The notes under the pieces are model-generated. The model searched no databases. It had not been told where the DNA came from and saw only the letters and a list, made by a program, of their open reading frames with translations. 64,000 bases of DNA. It comes from a virus. The DNA lies in the IMG/VR virus record IMGVR_UViG_3300026557_000002, positions 1 through 64,000 of that record; one strand, given 5' to 3'. Of the stretch, positions 15,792 to 25,047 are shown piece by piece (position 1 is the stretch's first letter; the number at the start of each line of letters is the position of its first letter). A program made the position numbers and the translations under genes.

Positions 15792-17999
15792 ATGCCCTTT
15801 ACCGACCGAGAGAAGAAAGCAAATCAGCGAGCCCGACAAAAAGGTTTGCCAGAACCGTATCAAACAGGATCTATTCCGTCCGCCGCGAGTATAGAAGAAC
15901 GTCTCGGTCAACATGAGCAGGATCTAGCTTTCGCTTTACAGCAGGATGCGCAGCCCGCCTTTTATAAAAGTGAGTGCCGTCCTTGCGTCAAGCTTCTAGC
16001 AATCTACGAAGGCCTAGCTCTCCAAGAAGAGGAAGAAGACGAGAGCGAAGATGACACCGAAGTCAAGAAGAGAAAGAGAGTAGCCAAGAATACCAAGGGT
16101 CCGAATCCGTCCATTACTAAAATCACGATTCCGGAAATCGAACGCTTGAACGATGCGATTGATCCCAGCGTTGACGAAATTGTTTCATTTCGCCGTTGGC
16201 TTGATCTCCGAGACAAAGCCCGCAAGGATCTTTACTGGCTTTGTAAGATGCTTGGCAAAGATTTATTTCCTGACGTTCATCAAGTGATCTGCGATCAATT
16301 CGTTTCAAAGAGTTTTGACGGGATGTATCATAAGAATTATACGCTGGGGCAATTCCACCGTATGATTGATGCTCAGATCCGCATAGATGCATCAGGTAAT
16401 CCGACAAAAGAAATGATGTTGTTGGACTCCCGTGGCTTCTATAAGTCAACGATCAACGGTATCGATTGCGTCAGCTGGCACATTAATTGCCCCGACGCAC
16501 ACATTTTTATTCTGACGGGCGAGTACAAACTTGCGGTTCAGTTCTTGCAAGAAATCAAGGATTACTATTATTTCGCCAAGGGCTCTGAACCCAGCCCCTT
16601 TCATCTTTTGTTTCCTGAGTACGTACTAACAGGCGTCAAAGGCACGTCTAAGCAGCCTATGAAGTGTCCTGCTCGAGTCCTAAAACAGAAGGGCAACAGC
16701 CTCTGGGTTAACGCTATTGTGGCGAACCTGTCTGGTTGGCACTGCGATATCAAGAAAGGCGATGATATCGTCACCGACGAGAACTCGAATAATGATGACG
16801 CTCGTGCGTCCATCAAATCTAAGTACGACGGAACCGACGACCTTCTAGACCCGCACGGATTCTCGGATCACATCGGCACCAGATACTTTTCATCGGACTG
16901 GTACGGCACGCGCCTCCAGCCTGACGAGGATACGAAAGAATTAGCCTCTATCAAGTATTTCAAGCGTGGGTGCTGGACCGTAAAGCCGGAGTACCGCGAC
17001 ACCTCGTTAAAGATGCTGACGTTCGAGATGGTCAATCTGACCTTCCCGCAACTTGGCAAGACGCCCAGAGAAGCGTTTAATAAACTCCGTCAGAAGCTAT
17101 TGAAGAAGGCGGATAAGAAGAATAAGAACCCATATCGCGCGTTCTGCAACCAGCAGTTGAATGAGCCTACGGATGACAACGAGGATTCGGGTTTCGTCAT
17201 TCACTTCAGTAAAGAAGTGATTAACGCGCACACCCATCCAGCCCAAGCGGTTCCTGTAGACGGAGAGGTTTTCATTCTGTGGGACTGGGCTTTGTCTGAC
17301 AAGAAGACATCGGATTATTCGGTCGGGATAGCGGTCAAAATTTATAAAAAAACGAACGGGCAGTACGCCGTTTATGTTCTGGAAATAATTTACGATAAGT
17401 GGAAAGACTCTGAACTAGTTCGCCAGATGATTGCTTTCTATAAAAAGTACAAAGGCTTGGGCCAGTTCAAGCGTATGTATGTCGAGAATTCTAACGGCGG
17501 CGAGTTACTCAAGACCGCTCTTCAGAACGCAGCCTACAAGTTGAACGCTTTAGATATGATGGGCGAGAATGTGATCTGCTGGATTCCGGTAGATACGCGA
17601 GCTAACGCCAAGCGTAACCGCATCAAGTCGATCGAAACCCTCCTAGACGATGACCGTCTAGATTTTGTAGACAGCTCGTTATACATGGAAGAGGTTATCA
17701 AGCAATTGACGCAATACACAGGCGAGAAGAGTACCGCGTTCCGCAAGGATGATATCCCGGACGCTTTATCGTTCCTCGTTTATCCTTTGCCAGCGATCGC
17801 ACTTCAGATTGACGTCAGTACTGAAGAAGTAGAAAAAGAAATGGAGACTCGTCGCCGGGAAGAGCAGAGCAAGGCGGCATATAAGCAGATGTTCGGCGGG
17901 CATAATCCTTTGCCAGCTAAGCCGACCTCAGCCGAGCCAGCACAAAAACCCAGAGACCCTCGTCTAGCCTTATTCGGCGGCAGCGGCTGGCGCATGTAG
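15792..17999 (+). CDS. terL: Terminase large subunit
   Basis: SRGFYKST Walker A, KGDDIV Walker B, IGTRY coupling motif, WDWA...DYS and DDIPDALS nuclease motifs. Confidence 0.93.
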   Translation: MPFTDREKKANQRARQKGLPEPYQTGSIPSAASIEERLGQHEQDLAFALQQDAQPAFYKSECRPCVKLLAIYEGLALQEEEEDESEDDTEVKKRKRVAKNTKGPNPSITKITIPEIERLNDAIDPSVDEIVSFRRWLDLRDKARKDLYWLCKMLGKDLFPDVHQVICDQFVSKSFDGMYHKNYTLGQFHRMIDAQIRIDASGNPTKEMMLLDSRGFYKSTINGIDCVSWHINCPDAHIFILTGEYKLAVQFLQEIKDYYYFAKGSEPSPFHLLFPEYVLTGVKGTSKQPMKCPARVLKQKGNSLWVNAIVANLSGWHCDIKKGDDIVTDENSNNDDARASIKSKYDGTDDLLDPHGFSDHIGTRYFSSDWYGTRLQPDEDTKELASIKYFKRGCWTVKPEYRDTSLKMLTFEMVNLTFPQLGKTPREAFNKLRQKLLKKADKKNKNPYRAFCNQQLNEPTDDNEDSGFVIHFSKEVINAHTHPAQAVPVDGEVFILWDWALSDKKTSDYSVGIAVKIYKKTNGQYAVYVLEIIYDKWKDSELVRQMIAFYKKYKGLGQFKRMYVENSNGGELLKTALQNAAYKLNALDMMGENVICWIPVDTRANAKRNRIKSIETLLDDDRLDFVDSSLYMEEVIKQLTQYTGEKSTAFRKDDIPDALSFLVYPLPAIALQIDVSTEEVEKEMETRRREEQSKAAYKQMFGGHNPLPAKPTSAEPAQKPRDPRLALFGGSGWRM

Positions 18000-18038
18000 T
18001 TTCGCCTTCTGTTCGCCTAAAATAGTTTAAAATAAAGC

Positions 18039-18144
18039 TTGACAAATCGATAAAGTCGTGGTATACTGGTTAAAGATGTTGTAGCTACAATTTGGTTGGG
18101 GCGGCCTTTACCCGCCCCGATCACCCCTGTAAAGGAGGGGAGAG
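18039..18144 (+). promoter_or_regulatory. sigma70 promoter plus kissing-loop leader (copy B)
   Basis: TTGACA-17-TATACT; loop CCTTTAC (18105-18111) is complementary to GTAAAGG (18129-18135) in hairpin CCCCT/AGGGG. Confidence 0.8.
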
Positions 18145-18798
18145 ATGTTCGTATATTTAATCACAAATAAAATTAACGACAAGAAGTACGTTGGTCAACA
18201 TTCTGGAGATGACCTTCAGAAGTACTGGCGTCGTAATGTTGTGTGGGCTCTTCATAACCAAGGGCAGAAGCGTTGTCTTTATTCAGCTATTAGAAAATAC
18301 GGTCCAGAAAATTTTGAGATCAAGCCTCTTGTTATTGTTGGGACAAAACAAGAGATGGATTATTACGAGCGCTATTTAATAGTAGACTTTGGCACGCGAG
18401 CACCGAACGGTTACAATTTGACGGATGGCGGAGAAGGAACCCCCGGTCACGCAGTTTCCGAAGAGGGTCGCCGAAAGATGTCGGTTAAAAGTAAAGGACG
18501 GGTTAGTAAATTAAAAGGCATTCCCAAGTCTAAAGAATCTAATCAGAAAAATTCAGAATCTCATAAAGGAAAGGTTCTTTCAGATAAACACCGAAGAAAT
18601 ATATCTTTAGGGCGGATTGGTAGCAAGCATTCTGAAGAAACTAAAAAGAAAATGGCGGAATCCGCCAAACGAGATTGGGAACGAAGAAGAGCGTCTGGCT
18701 ATATAGTATCAGAAGAAACTAAAAATAAAATGTCCGTCGCGCATTTAGCACGAAGACAAAAAGAGATTAATGCCGGAGAATCTGGAGCAACGAGTTAA
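18145..18798 (+). CDS. GIY-YIG homing endonuclease with NUMOD3 repeats
   Basis: FVYLITN.IN.K.YVGQ, GYNLTDGGEG, repeated HSEETKKKM-type motifs. Confidence 0.92.
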   Translation: MFVYLITNKINDKKYVGQHSGDDLQKYWRRNVVWALHNQGQKRCLYSAIRKYGPENFEIKPLVIVGTKQEMDYYERYLIVDFGTRAPNGYNLTDGGEGTPGHAVSEEGRRKMSVKSKGRVSKLKGIPKSKESNQKNSESHKGKVLSDKHRRNISLGRIGSKHSEETKKKMAESAKRDWERRRASGYIVSEETKNKMSVAHLARRQKEINAGESGATS

Positions 18799-20878
18799 TG
18801 AACTCTTTATCACTCCTGCGGCAGAAATCACAGAAGAAAATACCCAAGTAGACCCAGATACAAATACCATACAACTGAATGACGAAGCTTCTGTTTTGCT
18901 CGTATTGCAAAATACCGAGAAAGCAGATGAGTATATTAATGTCCAGCAGTGGGCGAGCGGGTGGACAATGGCTGATCTGTTGTATCAATCGCCAGCGTCT
19001 CAGTCCGCTTTCGACGGCGGAAACGTCGGGCAGGCTTCCGTCCCGAAATTTATGGTAAGTAGTATCGTTTCTGCTATTGTTCCAAAAGTTATGGGCGGAA
19101 TTTTTTATGAAGATCCGCCGTTCTTGCTGCGTCCTCGTCCGTCCGTAGAAGCGGATGTTATCCGCGCCAAGACCGCGATATTCTCTTCTCAACTAGGCGC
19201 GATGCGTTTCGAAGAGCAGGTAGAGCGCACTCTTGATCAAGCCGCTTTGCTTGGCACCGGTATCATGAAGTGGGGGTATACCGAGCGTGTCAAGAAGATG
19301 AAGAAGTATAAGCGCAAGGGAGACAAGGTCTCCGTTGGCCAGCCGGAAGGCGGCGTCGCTAAGTTTGATTCTCCAGATTCTGACGACTTTGAAATAGAGT
19401 TTTACGACAAGATTATTTCGCATCCCTGGATCCGCTTTACGGATATTAGAACGGTTCTGGTCAATCCAGGCTGTCGCGTCGGCGACATTAGAGAAGCGGG
19501 CTGGGTAGTCTATAGAGATTATGCAACCTATTCTGACCTAGACAAGCTGCGCGGGTACGAAGGCTACGTCATCCCCGCAGAAGATGTTCTTAGACACGTC
19601 TTCGCTGAAGGCATTACTTCCGGCCCAGATAACATTACTATGACGTTGCCAGAAGGTATGCTTGGATATCTCCAGCACGCCCTACCTCGCAGCTATAAGA
19701 CGTCGGCAGATCCGAACTCGGCACCGATGGAGATGCTCGAGTACTGGGATGACGAGAAAGTCATTGTCGTGCTCTGCTTCAATGGGCATAACGTCCTGAT
19801 TCGTAATGAAGCGAATCCGTACGGAAAGATTCCCTTCTATAGCTTTAACTGGCGCAATATCCCCGATTGCTTTTATGGTCAAGGCCTAGGCCTATTGATC
19901 GGCTCAGAACAGATCGTTGAGCAAGGCGTCACGAACTTAGCGCTTGACTTACTAGCGTACGGGCTACAGCCGACCGCTGTACGCAAGAAGGGATTTAATA
20001 CTTTGACGCAGGACGTTCGTTGGCGCCAAGGCGGGATTATCGACGTTGAAGAAGACGTCGACAAGGCTTTCAAGTTCCTGCAGATGCCCCCTGTTCCAGG
20101 AGAGGCGTGGCAGTTTATCCAGCAGGCGCAGAGTGCTGGCGCATCCACGTCAGGCGCAAACGAACAGGTTGTCCAAGGCGCAGGAGCTATGGGCGTTCGT
20201 TCAACTGGTATGCGATCAGGAACCGGAGCGGCCGCGGTCATCCAGGCTAATGCATCTAGGCTCGATGGTCCGGACGGGCGATTTGTCCGTCAGGTATTCG
20301 AACCGTGGTTGTACCAGATGGATGATTTGAATAACGACCTTCTGCCAACGTCGGTTATTCGCGACGTTTTAGGTGAGGAACTTGGTCCGGCCTATATGGT
20401 TGATCATATCAAGTTCCGTGAAGCCAAGATTGAATACGAAGTTCTCGCGGGCGCGAAGCTCGGGGCAAAGAAAGAAATGTCCCAGGCTCTGCCTATCATT
20501 ATTCAGTTGCTGAATAACCCGACCTTCGTGGCTAATGCTAACGACGCGGGATATCAGTTCGACGCTCCAGCCATTTTCAAAGCGTTTACTGACGCCGCAG
20601 GTTGGAAGTTTAGCCAGAGCTTCTTGCGTAAGATGACTCCTGAAGAGAAACAGAAGCACGACGCTAATTCGCCGGCTGCTTTGCAGCAAGCCCAGATCGC
20701 GAACAATAATAAGCAGATGCAAGCCAAGTTTGAACAAGAACAGACTCTAGAAAATCAGAAGCAGCTCGGCAAGGCCGCTAACCAAGGCTATCGTACAGCC
20801 ATCGAGCACGCGACCCAGTCCGAGTTGCAAGAGGGCCAAGCTGGTAATACGGGCGAGTTCTCAGAAACGGCTTTATAG
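18770..20878 (+). CDS. Portal protein
   Basis: 702 aa after TerL; GTGIMKWG, NPYGKIPF, FYGQG motifs and a Gln-rich C-terminal tail, as in P22/N4-like portals. Confidence 0.88.
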   Translation: MPENLEQRVNELFITPAAEITEENTQVDPDTNTIQLNDEASVLLVLQNTEKADEYINVQQWASGWTMADLLYQSPASQSAFDGGNVGQASVPKFMVSSIVSAIVPKVMGGIFYEDPPFLLRPRPSVEADVIRAKTAIFSSQLGAMRFEEQVERTLDQAALLGTGIMKWGYTERVKKMKKYKRKGDKVSVGQPEGGVAKFDSPDSDDFEIEFYDKIISHPWIRFTDIRTVLVNPGCRVGDIREAGWVVYRDYATYSDLDKLRGYEGYVIPAEDVLRHVFAEGITSGPDNITMTLPEGMLGYLQHALPRSYKTSADPNSAPMEMLEYWDDEKVIVVLCFNGHNVLIRNEANPYGKIPFYSFNWRNIPDCFYGQGLGLLIGSEQIVEQGVTNLALDLLAYGLQPTAVRKKGFNTLTQDVRWRQGGIIDVEEDVDKAFKFLQMPPVPGEAWQFIQQAQSAGASTSGANEQVVQGAGAMGVRSTGMRSGTGAAAVIQANASRLDGPDGRFVRQVFEPWLYQMDDLNNDLLPTSVIRDVLGEELGPAYMVDHIKFREAKIEYEVLAGAKLGAKKEMSQALPIIIQLLNNPTFVANANDAGYQFDAPAIFKAFTDAAGWKFSQSFLRKMTPEEKQKHDANSPAALQQAQIANNNKQMQAKFEQEQTLENQKQLGKAANQGYRTAIEHATQSELQEGQAGNTGEFSETAL

Positions 20879-20900
20879 AATAGAAGTCTAAGGATAACCA

Positions 20901-21332
20901 ATGCCAGAAACAACAGAAAGAAAACCGCTTCTGCAAGACAGTTTGACGCAAGTCCAACGAATCGTTTTGGGGCAAACATACCATAGCCCCGGGTTCAATG
21001 TCGTCATCAAGTTGATTGAGGCCATGTGTGATGACGCCCTGGCGTATACCACAAAGCTGGATCCAGAAGAAGAGGGTTATGAACGCAAGCTAGCGGTTCG
21101 AACCCAGAGAGCCCGAAACATTAATGAAGCGGCTGCCATCCTTCGGGATTCTATCAAGTACCATCTTGACATGATCGTGAAACAGGATGCTGAAGAGAAT
21201 CAAGCGGCTGAAGCAGCGGTCGGCAGGGTAATCGGAATTCATTCAGCCGTAGGTGGTCAACCGATTGACGCCATTCAGAAAACGTTTGGTATTCATCCGG
21301 CAAAACCTGTTAAAAAGAAAGAAGTGAAGTAA
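20901..21332 (+). CDS. Hypothetical head-module protein
   Basis: Between portal and scaffold; RBS AAGGA. Confidence 0.7.
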   Translation: MPETTERKPLLQDSLTQVQRIVLGQTYHSPGFNVVIKLIEAMCDDALAYTTKLDPEEEGYERKLAVRTQRARNINEAAAILRDSIKYHLDMIVKQDAEENQAAEAAVGRVIGIHSAVGGQPIDAIQKTFGIHPAKPVKKKEVK

Positions 21333-21376
21333 TCCCGTAAGGGCGTAGCAGAATCAATACTAATACAGAGGACACA

Positions 21377-22708
21377 ATGAACGTCGATACAGTACTTGAC
21401 CTAGAGTGGCTGAGGTCCGCCACATTTGACGATTTGCAAGCGGCAGCGCGCTTATCTTCGCAAGACAAATCTAAGTTGACAGAACTTAATGCCACACTGG
21501 CTAGTCCCGAAGGCAAGGTTATTGCTCAGGACATGAGCCAATGTATTCGAGCCGGAAAGGCTTATGTTCCGCCAGCCATCCCACCAGAAGCGGTAGACGA
21601 AGAGGAAGCAGCCCAGATCGCCGCGGATACCGCGCGAGCAGACGCTGAAGCCGCAGAAGCCGAGCGTATTGCCGAAGAGCAGCGAGCAGTACTGGCGCCG
21701 GTTGTAGCGACCGCAGATCAAGAGGCCGAGTCAACCGAATTGGCCAAGCTCGGGATCGCGCTTCATAAAGATTCCGCTGGCAATATCACCAAGATTGTCC
21801 AAGACTACCAAGTCAAAGATGACGCGGGTCGCCCGATTGGCCGTCCGACACATCTTGAGGCAAAGTCCTGGCCCGAACTGGTTTCAAAGCAGAAGGCCGC
21901 TCACGAGAACGCCGTGCGATATGCCGAGAGAACAAAGCAGAATCAATTAAAGAGCAGAGACATTTTGGCACAGACAGAGCAGGTGACCCAACAGGCCACC
22001 AAGGCTCGAGCGGAAGCCGATGAAGCCGTCGCTGAAGCAGCCAAAGAACCCGCCAAATTAGGCGAGGCACTTCGTAAGGTCACACACGCGGAAAGCAAAT
22101 CTGTCGAGGCATCGCGCACAGCCGCAGAAAACCAGATGACAATTGTCAATGACTGGTTAGCTGACCACGAACACAACTATTTGAATTGTCAAGCGAACAC
22201 CGACATCATTGGGGCCTGGCTGAAGGAAAATAACCGGAAGCTGTCTTATGAAAATCTCGACGTCGCTTTCAAGGCAAACGAACATCGACTAGCAAAGCCA
22301 ATAGCTGATCTAGTCGCAGAACCCGCCGTAGTAGCGCCTAATGCGCCCACTCCGGCACCCGCAGCTCCTGTTCCAGTCCCGTCGGCAATACCGGCACCTG
22401 TTATAGTGAGCACGGTTCCAGCATCTACGCCAGCCCCCTCGGCATCTCAGCCGGTGGTGGCAGCGCCAGTAGTCACGCCTGCAGCGGCGACAAATACGCC
22501 AGCTGCCCGTAGACCTGGGGTCAACGGTTCACTCCCTCCCGGAACGCTAACTGCAGCGCGTCCTAGCGTGGAACAGAAACCGCAAACGACCACAAGAGCC
22601 GCATTACTGAAGGCTATTAACAAAATGTCCTCAACTGAATACCGCCAAAAGCTGAAAACCTCGGCCGAATTCCGAGCCCAGCATGACGCGGTGGGCATAG
22701 CCTATTAA
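21377..22708 (+). CDS. Putative capsid scaffolding protein
   Basis: Ala/Glu coiled coils, Pro/Ala linker, C-terminal MS..EY.. helix, immediately before the MCP gene. Confidence 0.7.
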   Translation: MNVDTVLDLEWLRSATFDDLQAAARLSSQDKSKLTELNATLASPEGKVIAQDMSQCIRAGKAYVPPAIPPEAVDEEEAAQIAADTARADAEAAEAERIAEEQRAVLAPVVATADQEAESTELAKLGIALHKDSAGNITKIVQDYQVKDDAGRPIGRPTHLEAKSWPELVSKQKAAHENAVRYAERTKQNQLKSRDILAQTEQVTQQATKARAEADEAVAEAAKEPAKLGEALRKVTHAESKSVEASRTAAENQMTIVNDWLADHEHNYLNCQANTDIIGAWLKENNRKLSYENLDVAFKANEHRLAKPIADLVAEPAVVAPNAPTPAPAAPVPVPSAIPAPVIVSTVPASTPAPSASQPVVAAPVVTPAAATNTPAARRPGVNGSLPPGTLTAARPSVEQKPQTTTRAALLKAINKMSSTEYRQKLKTSAEFRAQHDAVGIAY

Positions 22709-22752
22709 TCGGACGGGTCCGTAAAGGATCACATTAGAGACTAGAGGTCCAT

Positions 22753-24368
22753 ATGTCTGGACCAAATCCAAGCGGCAATAACGTTTCAAACGTTTTGACC
22801 GCACAGGCCATTTTGTTCGATAAGGAGCTCATCCCGAACCTTTTTAATGGGGTCACTTTAATATAAAAGTGAGAATTTTCTCTAATTGACTTGAACGCTG
22901 TGAAGCCAACAAGGGGCAAGCGAAAGCAGCCTGAGAGACTAAACGAGAAAACGCCGTAAGGCGATGCGATAGTCCGTTCTAACGAGAAAAAGAATCGTTA
23001 GCTAACACATAAGCAAAGGTGAGACCGATGCGTTCGTAGCAGTCGCCGAACGCCGTGTGCAAGGCCTGCACATGGGCATTAACCGCCAGTTCTTCCAGTA
23101 TAACACCATCGCTGGTGACATTATACAGAACGCTGACGGCGTAGTTGGTTCGCCAGAAGTTATTTCGCAGATTTCCGCTCCGGCCCAGGTCGGTGAATGG
23201 AACAACTACGGTAACTTCTCGGCATTCAGCATCGCTTCTTCCATCGACGAACTCGTTGGGAACAGCGCGGTTGAACTCGGGTATCAGGCTGGACAGAGCA
23301 TTTCCGAACTGTACAGCGCCGTGGCAGACAGCGCAGCCTCGGTTGACGGTAACGTTAACCAGTCCGCTCTGTTGAGTTCGCCCTTCACTCTCGACTTGGC
23401 AACAATTCGTGAATTGAAGCAGCAACTTGTTAGCGCATCTGTTCTTCCTTGCAAGCGCGGGAAGTACATGGGCGTTATCAGCCCCAACGTCCTAGGAGAC
23501 ATTTACAACGCAACGACAGTGAACAACTCGATCGTCGATTTGTGGAAGTACTCCAACGGCGAGAAGTTTGACGCAATAGCTGGTGCAGATCAGACCATGG
23601 AAATCGAACTTCCCGGAACGAACATCGTGTTCCGTCAGACCCCATTCGTAACCAAGACCGCGAACTTCAGCGCAGGTAAGACCGCATACAGAACATACGT
23701 ATTCGGCAACTACGCGATGATCGGTGTGTGGCTCCAAGTTCAAAATGGACTCCTAGCAGCGTAATCTGCTAGTAGAAAATTCTCTCTGATTGACTTGAAC
23801 CCTGAAATGGGAACAAGGCGCAAGCGAAAGCAGCGTGAACGACTAAGCGAGAGAACACCCTTCGGGGTGATGCGATAGTCTGCTCTGTATCAAAAAGAAA
23901 GATACAGAGGTTGGCAGAAATGACCAACCCCGCGAAAGCGGTAACAAACGGCCCGGAGACACAGATATGGATGAGGGAGACTGGCGTACAATCGACTGTA
24001 GAGTCGTGACCGATGCTCCTCCGTCTTCGTATGATCCTGTCGCCACAATCGGCGGTTGGGCATCGTATAGATTCCATTAAAAGTCCGGTGGAATTAAAAT
24101 TTTCTCTAATTGACTCGAACGGTGAGAATCCCAACGAGGCGCAAGCGAAAGCAGCGTGAGAGACTAAGCGAGAAAACAGCGAAAGCTGATGCAATAGTCC
24201 GAGCACCCAGAAAAATGAACTGAGTGAGGTTGACAGAAATGATCAACTCCGCCGCAAGGTGAGTAACAAAAATAAGGGAGTGCGTCGCAGACAGTGACAC
24301 TTCCTCCGGCAACTGGAACGAATACCCAGCGTACTCGTTTCATTGACTCGGTTCCCGCAATTCAATAA
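22753..24368 (+). CDS. Major capsid protein (N4-gp56-like), spliced from 4 exons: 22753-22841, 23014-23740, 23952-24077, 24288-24368 (340 aa)
   Basis: RBS GAGG then MSGPNPSG...DKELIPN|L KGETDAF...ELGYQAGQSI...IGVWLQV|PGDTD...YDPVATIGGWASYRFH|QTVTLPP...IQ*. The joined exons total 1023 nt and are in frame. Confidence 0.88.
22842..23013 (+). mobile_element. Group I intron 1 in MCP (172 nt, no ORF)
   Basis: 5' exon ends in U paired to IGS GGGGT; P3 TTTTCTC/GAGAAAA; P7 GACTA/TAGTC; terminal G. Confidence 0.85.
23741..23951 (+). mobile_element. Group I intron 2 in MCP (211 nt, no ORF)
   Basis: P1 AGTT|C with GGACT (U.G at the splice site); P3 TTCTCTC/GAGAGAA; P7 GACTA/TAGTC; terminal G. Confidence 0.85.
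24078..24287 (+). mobile_element. Group I intron 3 in MCP (210 nt, no ORF)
   Basis: P1 ATTCCAT/GTGGAAT and the same core. The 3' splice site at G24287 is favoured by partial P10 pairing; alternative in-frame Gs lie at 24278 and 24284. Confidence 0.82.
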
Positions 24369-24373
24369 ACCTC

Positions 24374-24466
24374 TTGACATAAGCAACCGCTTATGCTAGA
24401 GTTGCATCAAAGTAGGTTGGGGATGTGCCAGTAACACATCCCTGACCGACTCTTACTGGAGAGTAG
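24374..24466 (+). promoter_or_regulatory. sigma70 promoter plus kissing-loop leader (copy C)
   Basis: TTGACA-17-TAGAGT; loop CCAGTAA (24428-24434) is complementary to TTACTGG (24453-24459) in hairpin ACTCT/AGAGT. Confidence 0.8.
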
Positions 24467-25045
24467 ATGACGAAGTTAATTGATTTACAAGGTCGAAGAT
24501 TCGGTCGTTTAAAAGTAGAGCACCGATATTTAGACCACATTACTAGCGGCGGAAATATCGTTGTAATGTGGGAGTGTTTTTGTGATTGTGGAAAGATAGT
24601 AGAAGTCTCCTCAAACTCCCTATTACAAGAAAAAACAAAATCTTGCGGTTGTCTATCCTTAGAATTGACGAAGGCGGTCGGCCTCGCTAACAGAAAGCAC
24701 GGTGGATATTCTGATGCGTCGCCTTACGCAGATCGAGTTAAGTATCAGGCGCTAGTCAATATTAAAGAGCGGTCCCGCCGTCGCGGGTACGAGTCCGATT
24801 TAGATTTACAAGATTTGCCAGAACTTACAGATGTTTGCCATGTGCTAGGGCTGAAGTATAACAAAGGTTCTTTGAAGGACAAGAACGCATCTCCTTCTGT
24901 TGATCGAAAGAATTCAAACCTGCCGTATTTGAAGAAATACAAGGACAACTTAGTCTTTATATCCCATCGGGCAAATCGCATTAAATCTGATGCTAGTATA
25001 GAAGAGATTAGGAGGGTCCTAGAATACCTAGAAACAAAAGGATAA
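24467..25045 (+). CDS. HNH-type free-standing endonuclease
   Basis: DL.G.RFGRL.V...W.C.CDCG...KSCGC N-terminal module; SPSVDR....Y..DN...IS..AN..K nuclease motif. Confidence 0.85.
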   Translation: MTKLIDLQGRRFGRLKVEHRYLDHITSGGNIVVMWECFCDCGKIVEVSSNSLLQEKTKSCGCLSLELTKAVGLANRKHGGYSDASPYADRVKYQALVNIKERSRRRGYESDLDLQDLPELTDVCHVLGLKYNKGSLKDKNASPSVDRKNSNLPYLKKYKDNLVFISHRANRIKSDASIEEIRRVLEYLETKG

Positions 25046-25047
25046 TA

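Noticed and set aside
15792-17999. Intein or intron in TerL
   Set aside because: The protein is long, but no C...HN intein ends or intron core is visible; the extra length is in the terminal extensions.
23057-23764. Stand-alone 235 aa capsid protein as in the ORF track
   Set aside because: It is exon 2 reading into intron 2; the true start and C-terminus lie in other exons.
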